A stretch of DNA of 40,793 nucleotides from Octopus bimaculoides (taxonomy: Eukaryota), in assembly GCF_001194135.2 (NCBI RefSeq), contig NC_068991.1, positions 69,796,616 to 69,837,408 of the forward strand. The letters are read 5' to 3'. The notes beneath the pieces were generated by a model. That model did not search any database, had not been told where the DNA came from, and saw only the letters and a program-made list of their open reading frames with translations. Shown in pieces: positions 1-10,767 of the stretch. Position numbers and translations under genes: made by a program. Every line of letters starts with the position of its first letter. Position 1 is the first letter of the stretch.

Positions 1-329
1 ATATATACACAATAACATATTATAACGATAAATCAATACTACTATATACTAAATACGTTATAATATATGTCGCTAAAGCAATTAAAAACCAAAAAGGTAG
101 AATACATAAGTAATGGTGCAAAATAGCACCTACAATTACTAGGAATAAGAGCTAAAATATATAACTCGAATAGCCACAGAAAATCACCAAGTTCATAGGG
201 ACTGCGAGCAGCAAGCCACAACAATTTATATATCTTATTGTATACATATACACCTTTCTACATGTAAAATTATTCCATGTTATTTCTATTCGGTCAAAGA
301 CCATCAACCAATGAGAATACTCCAAGCGA

Positions 330-610
330 TAACATTGTGAGCCAATGCGCACCATTCTTCCCAGATGACAGCCACCTCGGTCACGGCTTAGCCGGGCATG
401 TTGGACATTGTGAGAGAAGTGCGTCAAAGCTGTACTCTGCCAGAGTTGTTGTCCTTGTTACTGGTGGACTGTACTATGAGACGTTTGATGAATAACTCAG
501 TCTTTGTGATCTGCTGGAGAAATACAAAATTGACGGATTTTGGCTTCGTAGACGATCATGCACCGGACGAAGTCTTTGCGATGTTAGCCCTCGACATGGT
601 TACTGTATGA
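330..610 (+). mobile_element. Degenerate RTE-like non-LTR retrotransposon reverse transcriptase fragment
   Basis: ORF 398-610 reads VRQSCTLPELLSLLLVDCTMRR...ICWRNTKLTDFGFVDD, which aligns by eye to the RTE RT motif VRQGC.LSP.LF.L..DWIMRR...I.W....L.DLDFADD. The 5' boundary is approximate. Confidence 0.55.
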
Positions 611-679
611 ATTGCCAAAAGACAAAGGTCTTATACATAAGCGAAAATCAACACAAGCCCATCAATATTTTAGTGCATA

Positions 680-752
680 ACTAGTACATATCTTATCGAC
701 ATCGAAAGTTGGATGGTGGTGTAAAGATCGATGGAGTTTGAAATCAGAATAA
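680..752 (-). mobile_element. Highly decayed SINE-A central fragment
   Basis: ACTAGTACATATCTTATCGACATCGAAAG...TTTGAAATCAGAA resembles the minus-strand SINE-A copies at 4901-5739. Confidence 0.4.
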
Positions 753-1107
753 TGTAAATAGATGATAACAATAAACACTTCAGGATCAAAAGAACTTTCA
801 TAAAAATAGATGTATGATATTATACACATGAACTACACAGGAAATTACATATATATATATATATATATATATATAGTTTGTCTGTCGACAGAAAGGAGGT
901 CTTGTTCCCATAGGGAAACCTCTTGAGAATATCCGATTAGATAACATTAAAGATTATCCATAGTCTCTCGGAGCAAAATTACGAGTATAATGAACAAAAA
1001 AATATCGTAAAAAAAATATGGCTCCCAATGTAAAGAGCAAACTGTACAAGAATAGTAATGGTACAACAATAAATACAACCACCGGTAACTGAAGAAGTGG
1101 AACAAAT

Positions 1108-1236
1108 TTATATATACACATACGTATATACACGTGTACATATACATATATATATATGTGTATATATATGTATATATATATATATATATGTGTGTGTATA
1201 CATATATATCATATACGTGTACGTATATAATATATA

Positions 1237-1271
<35 letters not shown>
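1108..1271. repeat. Compound (TA)n/(TG)n/(CA)n microsatellite
   Basis: Directly visible. Similar tracts occur at 849-874, 3112-3177, about 7100-7480, 23951-24052, 29729-29840 and through the last 1.3 kb. Confidence 0.97.
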
Positions 1272-1275
<4 letters not shown>

Positions 1276-1545
1276 TAAAAAACATAAAAAACAACAATAA
1301 CAAAAAACAACAAAGTGAGGACGTGATACGGATAGTGTTATTGGACGCTCGGGAAAGGAAAGAGAGAGTGTATGACGTTTCGGGCGTAGCCCTTCGTCGG
1401 AAAGATGGAAAGTTCGGAGAATGGAAAAACGGAGAAAGAGGAAAATGGTACCGATGCCCACGAGGTTACATTGTGAAAAGACCGGAAGAGGAGGTGGTGG
1501 GGGAAAATTTCTTTCTAAGACAGGAGAGTGAAAAAGGGAGATGAA
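1272..1545 (-). mobile_element. Penelope-like terminal-repeat fragment carrying a hammerhead-like motif, 3' end abutting (TA)n
   Basis: Minus strand order: HHR-like core, pyrimidine tract, AATAA, CACGTCCTC, TTGTTG-rich tail, then (TA)n. The same order recurs at 1608-1790. Confidence 0.5.
1374..1400 (-). ncRNA. Minimal type I hammerhead ribozyme-like motif (U4C variant)
   Basis: Minus strand CCGACGA-A-GGGC-TAC-GCCC-GAAAC-GTC. Stem II is perfect and helix III is the palindrome ACGT, but stem I pairs poorly. Confidence 0.45.
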
Positions 1546-1607
1546 TATCTGTGCGTGCGCGAGAGTCTGCGAGTGTGTGTGTGTGATAACATATATATAT
1601 ATATACA

Positions 1608-1790
1608 GTAAACCAAAACAAAAAACGAAGAACAAAAACAAGCAACAACGAGAAGACGTGGTATATGTAAATTATTAGCAGACATTCAAGGAAGGAAAGA
1701 AAGATGGTTTTACGTTTCGAGCAAAGCTCTTCTTCGGAAACAGGAGACGGAGGAAAAAAAATCGCCAACGATTCACATGTGTTTGCATTT
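1608..1790 (-). mobile_element. Second, diverged Penelope-like terminal-repeat fragment with a hammerhead-like motif, 3' end abutting (TA)n
   Basis: Same architecture as 1272-1545 but different stem II and flank sequence. Confidence 0.5.
1707..1741 (-). ncRNA. Minimal type I hammerhead ribozyme-like motif (U4C variant)
   Basis: Minus strand GTTT-CCGAAGA-A-GAGC-TTT-GCTC-GAAAC-GTA-AAAC. Stem I (GTTT/AAAC) and stem II (GAGC/GCTC) pair perfectly, helix III is ACGT, and the cleavage triplet is GUA. Confidence 0.6.
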
Positions 1791-2239
1791 ATATATATAT
1801 AAATCACACACACACACACACTTACATATATTTACATATGTGCACGTACTTAAATTTGGGAATGTTTTTCTGTGCGTGTGTGCGAGCGCGTAAACTTGTT
1901 TAGCTACTTCAGCTAATGCGTGTTGTTTTGTTGTCTACTCTTCTAAGCTTAAGACAATTGCATCTCATTCCTTTCTGTGAAATATCGTTGGCACTCGGTA
2001 TTATTGGGAATGTGAAATGTCCAAAGAAATACAACAGAATATTTTCTCCAGCATGCTTAAGTTTTTTGCCAGCTCGTGGCATTCTAGACATAAATTATAG
2101 TAGATAATTGAATAATTATGCGATGCAAAAACATCGATATTTTCATATCGTATGTTCCTTTCATGCACCTGAGTGTTTGTAGTCTGCTTGTGATGTCCTT
2201 TTCTTCGTTATTGTTCGTTTTAAGATATGAAGTTCAATT

Positions 2240-2599
2240 TTAAATAAGTCTCCATCGTTCAAGAACATGTGGTATATTATAATGATTGTTATCAAATACA
2301 GGACGTTTCGTATGTTGAGACTTCCTTCGAAGACGTTTAATTATCCGATGTATATTATCCATGAAGATACTATTTCCGCAAATGATTGTTGTAGAGCGTG
2401 TATTCCACCTATTGTTCAATTGACTCTCGATTTCAATGGCCTTATATGTGGTTGTTGTGTTGGTGTAGCTGATGTTGGCGAGGATTCTACTGTTGCTGTA
2501 GATTCCACTATTCTTGTTAAGTATAAAGCTGACAAGTTTGCTGGTGCCGGTTAGAGAAATATCTAGAGAGATGGTTTTATGATGATGTATATAATGACG
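2240..2599 (-). other. Unexplained 119-codon stop-free frame without a 5' ATG (possible exon or decayed gene/TE fragment)
   Basis: Manual translation gives RHYIHHHKTISLDISLTGTSKLVSFILNKNSG...IIKRLRRKSQHTKRPVFDNNHYNIPHVLERWRLI*. The DNA is non-repetitive and no homology was recognised. Confidence 0.2.
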
Positions 2600-3106
2600 T
2601 TATCTGTTGATGTAACTGTAAAAGACATCCACGATTCGATATTATTCGTTTCCATAAAATTATCACAGGTACCACACTCTACAGTTCTGGTATTGTTGGT
2701 AACAGTTATTTCTGTGATGCTCTTAGATAAGGTAGTGTCTCAAAATCGAACCCATTCTCACAGCCTTTTCAAGTGAATATTGAAAGCTCCAATGCATTTT
2801 CCTCTGATGTTGTTTTATTGCATAGGATCTGTAGAATTCGTGTCTCTGTCTCCTTTTGTTCTTAGCTCTGTCCTTTCCTATATTTCCTGTTCATATATGC
2901 AAGTACCGCCGTACTAAATAAGAATTTTTTTTTTGAATAATTATTTTCTGAGATTGAAAAACGGGGGTTTGTTTCCAATAGAGACCGAAATTATAAAACG
3001 ACAGTGATCACAGCATTGGTCAATTATACATGAATATGAAAAAAATCACATAGACGGGATAAAAAATAAATGGCTTAAATGGGAAAAGTTCACTCACACA
3101 CAGATA

Positions 3107-3183
<77 letters not shown>

Positions 3184-3438
3184 GTCTGTTATATACAGAG
3201 CGATACGAAGTCGTGACGCGTCGTTGAGAAAAAGTAAGATTACTAAAAAATATATAAATAAATCGGCTTTATATGCACACATACACACACACACAAATAC
3301 ACTCACACTTTCACACGCACACATATAAGTGTAAAACTAAAGATATCTGAAAGATTTTACAAAATCAAAAACCATACACGAATTTACATGTAACCGAACG
3401 AAATGCACGTACAGACTTCAATCAGAATTTAGCGTTCT

Positions 3439-3480
<42 letters not shown>

Positions 3481-4016
3481 CAGTATTTGTGTTTTGATGA
3501 CATGCGCAAAGATTAAGGAAGTAGAATGCGGGTAGACAGACTGTTGTGATCAATCATCTGTGAGAAAGAAGAAGGAAGGAAGAATGTGAATTCCTACTGT
3601 GAGAAAACAAAACAACGCGAAAAATATATTGCCATTTTTATGAAACTATGTGTTAAATAACAACGAAGGAAACAAACATTAAATAGAGAAATAGAAATAG
3701 AAGTTTGTCTAGTGTTGAAATGAGATTCTCATTGGTATGCTATGTTTCATCTCACATATATGTGCGACTGTGTCTACGAGTGAGAGTATGTATGCGTATA
3801 TGTTGCGCCATGTATATATATTGGTCTGTGTTTGTGTCATGTGACCAGTTCGTTGAATTTAGCTTGGGGTTGTTCATATATCGAGTTTGTTTTTTTGACT
3901 CGTTACTGACTCTATTTATATTTTTCTAGATTTCTTCTTGGAAATATTGACAAATGTATTAGAAACAAAATTAAAAAGAAAACAGAAGTGATAAACATAA
4001 AAGTGTGTTCATATAC

Positions 4017-4048
<32 letters not shown>

Positions 4049-4155
4049 ATATNNNNNNNNNNNNNNNNNNNNNNNNNNNNNNNNNNNNNNNNNNNNNNNN
4101 NNNNNNNNNNNNNNNNNNNNNNNNNNNNNNNNNNNNNNNNNNNNNNNNNNNNNNN

Positions 4156-4193
<38 letters not shown>

Positions 4194-4369
4194 TATAGCT
4201 GTGTGTGTTTGTATGTGCATATATATGTATAGATTGAATGTATACCTGCATATATGTATGTGAGTAAAATCGATGTGTGAATATTTTATTAAAAACACGA
4301 GTTAGTTCGAATTTTAATCGTGTTATTAGCATCTTTATATTTCGTTATTGAAGCTACCGTTTCTAGATC

Positions 4370-4405
<36 letters not shown>

Positions 4406-4446
4406 GTGTGAAAACCTCGTCATCAGAATGATTTCACGCTATCATT

Positions 4447-4652
4447 CCTTTCTATTGCAGGCAGAAGGCCTGCCTCAAATTTTGTATGAGATGTTTAGTT
4501 AATTATATCGACTCTAGTGCTCAATACATACCAGTACTTATTTCATCGACCTCGAAAGATTGAAACGCAGGATTTGTACTCAGAACGAAAAGGCAGCGAA
4601 ATGCCGCAATGCATTTTGCGCGGTGTGCTATAAATTCTCCCAACTCACCGGT
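4447..4652 (-). mobile_element. SINE-A copy (most decayed unit of ladder 1)
   Basis: Tail remnant CTTTCTATTGCAGGCAGAAGGCC, centre CCAGTACTTATTTCATCGACCTCGAAAG, head remnant GCGGTGTGCTATAAATTCTCCCAACTCACC. Confidence 0.65.
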
Positions 4653-4672
4653 ATCAATTTACGATAATAATT

Positions 4673-4879
4673 AGTTCTTTTATACGCACAAGGTTTAATA
4701 TTTTAGAGGAAGGACTAGACAATTATATCGATCCCAGTAAATCACTGGTACTCGGTTCATTGACCCTGAAAATGTAAAAGTCAAAATCGACTTCAGCAGT
4801 ATTTGAAGTCAGGAAAAAAAAACAAAAACGGGCGGAATGCCGTTAAGCATTTTTCAGTCTTACAGCTGATTCTAACAGC
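4673..4879 (-). mobile_element. SINE-A copy (second unit of ladder 1)
   Basis: ATCGATCCCAGTAAATCACTGGTACT...AATCGACTTCAGCAGTATTTGAAGTCAG...AATGCCGTTAAGCATTT match SINE-A. Confidence 0.7.
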
Positions 4880-4900
4880 TTGAGTTAACGGTAATAATTG

Positions 4901-5089
4901 TTTCTACTGTAGGCACAAGGTCTGACATTTGGGCGGAGGGGTAAAGTCGATCACATCGACCCCAGTATTTGATTGGTACTTAATTTATCGATAACGAAAG
5001 GATGAAAGGCAAAGTCGACCTCGGCGGAATTTGAACTCAGAACGTAAAGGCAGACACAATGTTAACGATTCTACCAGCTCGCCGCCCTT
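4901..5089 (-). mobile_element. SINE-A right-type monomer with full head and an internal deletion (third unit of ladder 1)
   Basis: Contains GAAAGGATGAAAGGCAAAGTCGACCTCGGCGGAATTTGAACTCAGAACG and head end CCAGCTCGCCGCCCTT. The central segment resembles the Deu/Nin-type SINE domain (recall). Confidence 0.88.
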
Positions 5090-5108
5090 GAGTTGTCAGT
5101 AATAATGG

Positions 5109-5739
5109 TTTCAGATATTGCCACAAGGGCAGCAATTTTGGGGGAGGGGATAGGTCGATAACATCGACCCCAGTGTGTCACTGGTACTTAATATATCGAC
5201 CCCGAAAGGATAAAAAGTGAAGTCGACCTCGGCAGAATTTGAACTCAGAACGTAGTGACGAAATACCGCGAGGCATTTCGCCCAGCGCGACAACGTTTCT
5301 CTTCTTTTCTTGTCTACTCTAGGCACAAGGGTCGAAATTTTTGGGGAGAAGGATGGTCGATTAGCTCGACCCCAGTACGAAACTGGTACTTAATTTATCG
5401 ATCCCGAAAGGATGAAAGGCAAAGTTGGCCTCGGCGGAATTTGAACTCAGAACGTAACGGCAGACGAAATACCACTAAACATTTCACCCGGCGTGCTAAC
5501 GTTTCTTATTTCTTTATTGCCTACAAGGGGCTGCACATAGAGGGGACAAACAAGGACAGACAAAGGGATTAAGACGATTATATTAACCCCAGTGCGTAAC
5601 TGGTACTTAATTTATCGACCCCGAAAGGATGAAAGGTAAAGTCGACCTCGGCGGAATTTGAAATCAGAACGTAACGGCAGACGAAATACCGCTGAGCATT
5701 TCGCCCGGCGTGCTAACGTTTCTGCCAGCTCGCCGCCTT
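5109..5739 (-). mobile_element. SINE-A trimer (left monomer plus two right-type monomers), best-preserved unit of ladder 1
   Basis: Three SINE-A bodies at about 5575-5739, 5302-5506 and 5111-5300. Only the 5739 end has the full head; the other two begin at AGAAAC (plus-strand GTTTCT at 5501-5506 and 5295-5300). Confidence 0.88.
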
Positions 5740-6215
5740 TGAGCTAACAGTAATAAGGATGTGACTGCGCGCTTTGTAGCAGGTCGGAACGTCATATGAG
5801 AGTACTGTCATATTTCACGAGAATGGTGATTAAATCTTCAACCCTAGAGATCAAAATCATACAACGCCGGCGTCCTTGTTGGAGAAATGGTTTATTTCAC
5901 ATGCGATGCATTTCTTTATGATTTTAGTTAGTATTTTGCTTATTAAAAAGTATGTATTATTGCCATAGTATTTCTGGGGATCCACTGTACTAAATTTAAC
6001 TAATGGTTTCATATCAAGTCTTATTTTTCTGCAGAATTGTATACGGGAATGCAATGGCTCCTGGTTGTGGATGCAGGGACAAATGGCGACAAATTGCAGT
6101 AGCAATGCACACGACGTGATGCTGGTAGCATCACGTCGGGGAGTCTGCCAGAGAAATCGTGAAATATGAAGGACCACCAATGTTGATGGTATTCCTCCGC
6201 CTCCTCCTTCTCCCA

Positions 6216-6229
6216 CCACCACCACCACA

Positions 6230-6276
<47 letters not shown>

Positions 6277-6277
6277 A
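6216..6277. repeat. (CAC)n-(TAC)n trinucleotide tract
   Basis: Directly visible. Confidence 0.95.
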
Positions 6278-6513
6278 GTATTCATAATTGATTTCTAACA
6301 TGATTAATGGCAATACCGTAGATGTCGATGAAGAGTACGAGTATGATGACGATGAAGATGATGATGATGCTGAGGAGGAGGAGGAAGAGGATTAGAAGGT
6401 GGTGGTGGAGGGGGAGGAATATCAAAACGCCGACGAAAAAATGACGGTGGGTGGTTATCAGATTTGCGAGGATTCTGTAACATTTTTGTTCATCTATGTT
6501 TGGAAAAGTCATA

Positions 6514-6514
6514 C

Positions 6515-6545
<31 letters not shown>

Positions 6546-6557
6546 ATAATAATAATA

Positions 6558-6602
<45 letters not shown>
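6514..6602. repeat. (ATT)n tract with an internal inverted (AAT)n block
   Basis: TTATTATTATAATAATAATAATAATTATTATT is visible around 6535-6566. Confidence 0.95.
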
Positions 6603-7144
6603 GTAGTAGTGGTAGCTGTTGTTGTTGTTTTTATTTTTATTGAGTTATGTTTAAACACGACAAATTTTTCATTCATCCAGACTCTTGTTCTTTACTTTGA
6701 TGGCGTTATTGAAAAATGACCGTTTCTCCATTCCCCCCGCGTCAAAGCCAAATCTTTGATTCACTGAGTCTTACTGAAGTAAGGAAGATGTCTAGCTGTG
6801 ATTAATTTCGTCTGGCACGCGAGCAAAATTAAAGGGGGTGACACAAATAAAGGGAAAAATTTGCATACACACATTTCTTGCTCTCTCCCTCACACGCAAC
6901 CACGAACACCGTACGTACACGCGTGCGCACAGCCGTACTTATTCAGTTGTGTAGACACAGAGAAACGGTCTCGCAGAAATTCTCAGAATTCAGCAAATAT
7001 ATCTATCTTCGTGTCTGTATGCATATGTGTCACTCTATATGTGCATGTGTGTTTGTGTGTGTATTTATTTTCATATACATACAAAAACACCCATACATAT
7101 ATACGTACGTGTGTGTGTGTGTGTGTGTGTGTGTGTAGTGTGTA

Positions 7145-7214
<70 letters not shown>

Positions 7215-8057
7215 CACACACGCTCATATATATGAGTTTGAGTGTGCGTATAAATATAAATATGGACACACACACACACATATGTATATATTTTTTCTTG
7301 TATGTATGTATATATATATGTATATATATGTATATATACATATACATATACATACACATGTATATACATATATACACATATACATATACGTATATATTAA
7401 ACATATTTACATATCCATACTCACACGCACTCACACGCACTCACACACAGCGATATATATAAATACATATATACATAAATAGAAAAAAAATTACTTATTA
7501 CAATATACGAACTGTATTCTCTATGTTCTCTGTATAAATTTTCAATGATTAATATAAATGATTGTCCGTGTGAAATATATTACGTTTTTTTATGTGCTTA
7601 TATATTCATATTCGTAACATCTCTCACTATTTCATATATTTATATACACATATATGTGTGCATACGTGTGTGTGTGTTTGTGTGTGTATTTATATATACA
7701 TAAATATACATGTTTTTATATCAATATATATATTTGTGTTTGTATTTATGTATTTATGTATTTATGTATATATGTATATACACGTCAGCCATAGCTCTTT
7801 AACCTTGTACTGATAATTTCTTACTGAACATAATTTAGATTACATCTGTATACGTCTCCTGCGAACATAGTTGGTATGACATGTTTTTGTTAGTTTGTAC
7901 TATTAGTCATGTAGATACATTTTCATAGAAAATTTAGACCTTCCATTAGAGGACTATTTCTACATAATATGCTTTCCATCAAACCCACTTGATCCTCATT
8001 TTGGGCAATGTCATATTACTCTTACTTTCGTTATAAGTGTGAGTGTGAGGGTGAATT

Positions 8058-8435
8058 CTGCTGTTGTTGTTGCTGTTGGCACTCCGTCAGTTATGACGTC
8101 GAGGGTACCAGTTGATCCGATCAACAGAACAACCTGCTCGTGAAATTAACGTGCAAGTGGCTGAGCACTCCACAGACACGTGTACCCTTAACGTAGTTCT
8201 CGGGGAGATCCAACGTGACACAGAGTGTGACAAGGCTGACCCTTTGAATTACAGACACAACAGAAACAGGAAGTAAGAGTGAGAGACAGTTGTGGTGAAA
8301 GAGTACAGCAGGGTTCGCCACCATCCCCTGCCGGGGCTTCGTGGAACTTTAGGTGTTTTCGCTCAATAAACACTCACAACGCCCGGTCTGGGAATCAAAA
8401 CCGCGATCCTATGACCGCGAGTCCGCTGCTCTAAC
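8058..8435 (-). mobile_element. SINE-B: tRNA-like head, unique middle, shared 3' module and (AAC)n tail; head cut by an assembly gap
   Basis: Minus-strand head GTTAGAGCAGCGGACTCGCGGTCATAGGATCGCGGTTTTGATTCCCAGACC (B-box-like). 8080-8254 matches 31254-31425, and the tail is CAACAGCAACAACAACAG. Confidence 0.85.
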
Positions 8436-9784
8436 NNNNNNNNNNNNNNNNNNNNNNNNNNNNNNNNNNNNNNNNNNNNNNNNNNNNNNNNNNNNNNNNN
8501 NNNNNNNNNNNNNNNNNNNNNNNNNNNNNNNNNNNNNNNNNNNNNNNNNNNNNNNNNNNNNNNNNNNNNNNNNNNNNNNNNNNNNNNNNNNNNNNNNNNN
8601 NNNNNNNNNNNNNNNNNNNNNNNNNNNNNNNNNNNNNNNNNNNNNNNNNNNNNNNNNNNNNNNNNNNNNNNNNNNNNNNNNNNNNNNNNNNNNNNNNNNN
8701 NNNNNNNNNNNNNNNNNNNNNNNNNNNNNNNNNNNNNNNNNNNNNNNNNNNNNNNNNNNNNNNNNNNNNNNNNNNNNNNNNNNNNNNNNNNNNNNNNNNN
8801 NNNNNNNNNNNNNNNNNNNNNNNNNNNNNNNNNNNNNNNNNNNNNNNNNNNNNNNNNNNNNNNNNNNNNNNNNNNNNNNNNNNNNNNNNNNNNNNNNNNN
8901 NNNNNNNNNNNNNNNNNNNNNNNNNNNNNNNNNNNNNNNNNNNNNNNNNNNNNNNNNNNNNNNNNNNNNNNNNNNNNNNNNNNNNNNNNNNATATATATA
9001 TATATATATATATACATATATAAGTTCGTAAAAGGCAGAGGAGAGAAAGCCCATAAAATGGTAAGAAAACGTCGAAGGTACTAAAATAGAATAAAACGGA
9101 AAAAAATGACTGCGAATTAAATATTTGAAATAGATGGAAATCCCGCGCGATGATACACATATTTTGAAGCACTCAGAAATTACAGTAATCTTAAGGGTAA
9201 CCATTGACTACGTATTTTGATGTCGAATAAACAAGGGAACAAGAGCAAATGACTTAGTGATTGTGAAGAAGAAACGAAATTGATACTAGGCAGCTTAGAA
9301 CAGAGACGATTGATGAAAGTCGCATGTCCTTCCAGAATCACTAGCAGAAGTTACAGCAGTCATTTGGTCTCAAGTTGTGAACAAGAAAAGAAAGCTAGAG
9401 TCATTTTACAGATGATCAAAGCTGAAGATGGTGAAAGTTAAGGGGCGTTATCATCCTGTTATCTAGATAATTGCTTTGTATTTCTATGTGCAAGTTACCC
9501 TCGTTGCTAATCTTCTTATATCTAAACATCTTCTGTAATACTTCTTTAAACTCTTTTTTTTCTAAATTAGTTATGGATGCTTGCAGTAAAAATGGGCTTT
9601 GTTGTTAATGAGTGAGTGAGTAGTGCATGCAATCAAAGCAAGACTGGAGTACAAATATACGAAGCCTAGCATACTCATTATTACTACCCGTTTGATAATG
9701 GTACATGCATCACAACCATATGTGCGCGACGTAGTGATTTCATATGAAGATAAACAGCGCATGACCTTGTAGGTGGGGGCCTAG

Positions 9785-9846
<62 letters not shown>

Positions 9847-9880
9847 CACTATCATCATCATCATCATTGCCGTCATCATC

Positions 9881-10030
9881 AAGGTGGTGGGCTGACAGAT
9901 TGGTAACGGCACGCGTCAAGATGCTTCGCGGCACATTTCTTCTTTCTACGAAGTCAGCTTCGCTTTTGATCCGTTCGAGGTCGAGAAAATAAGTACCGTT
10001 TGACTTACTCTTTCCTCCAAATTTCGGGCA
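9881..10030 (+). mobile_element. Decayed, internally deleted SINE-A copy after an (ATT)n(CAT)n tract
   Basis: AAGGTGGTGGGCTGACAGA head; TTTTGATCCGTTCGAGGTCGAGAAAATAAGTACC centre; CCAAATTTCGGG tail. Confidence 0.65.
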
Positions 10031-10695
10031 CAGGGCTTGAAATTTTGGCTAAAGGATAAATCGTTTAATTATTATTATTATTATTATTATTATTATTGTT
10101 GTTGTTGTTGTTCAAATACAACCGATATCAATTTTGCCTTCCATACTGTGAATGTCTATAAAATATACATAACTAAGCGCTGGATCAAGGCAGTCAAATA
10201 GACCCTCGCCCTAAAATCGGTAACCTTTTGCTAATATGTGGAACCCTCATTATTTCCTCATTACCATTATTAATAAAATTATCATGATAATAATCAACAT
10301 CATCAACATCGTTACATCAGCATCTTTATCATTATGAATATGATCACCATCATATTTTTCGCTATCCTCAACATCCTCATTAATCTAATATTGCGTTTTG
10401 TAATGTTTCCTATTATTATATTTAGTTTCTTCTCTCTCCACCAACCACAATACGACATAAAAGGTAATAAAGCAATAAATTAGCTCACCTCTTCCTTTTG
10501 TTTAAAGAAAATCTTAATAATATAAATAATTACGCAATTAAACTAAGACAAAAGCAAAAATAATACAGTATAAAGTAAAATTAAATCTGTCTTCCAAATC
10601 GTCGAGAATATTTAGCATTAATATTAAGAAGGCAAGTCTATTGTTTCATTTATTCATGAATTTACGAATGTCGAGAATACATTATTTGCAGCTTA

Positions 10696-10767
<72 letters not shown>

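Noticed and set aside
2295-2335. GACGTTTCG hammerhead-like word inside the unexplained frame
   Set aside because: There is no CUGANGA box and no stem II at the required spacing.
4428-5759. CRISPR-like appearance (short repeats separated by longer units)
   Set aside because: The intervening units are mutually homologous SINEs of 190-630 bp in eukaryotic DNA, with no cas genes. Reported as a TSD ladder instead.
6034-6188. Strong acceptor TTTTTCTGCAG followed by GC-richer sequence
   Set aside because: All three frames hit a stop before the candidate GT donor.
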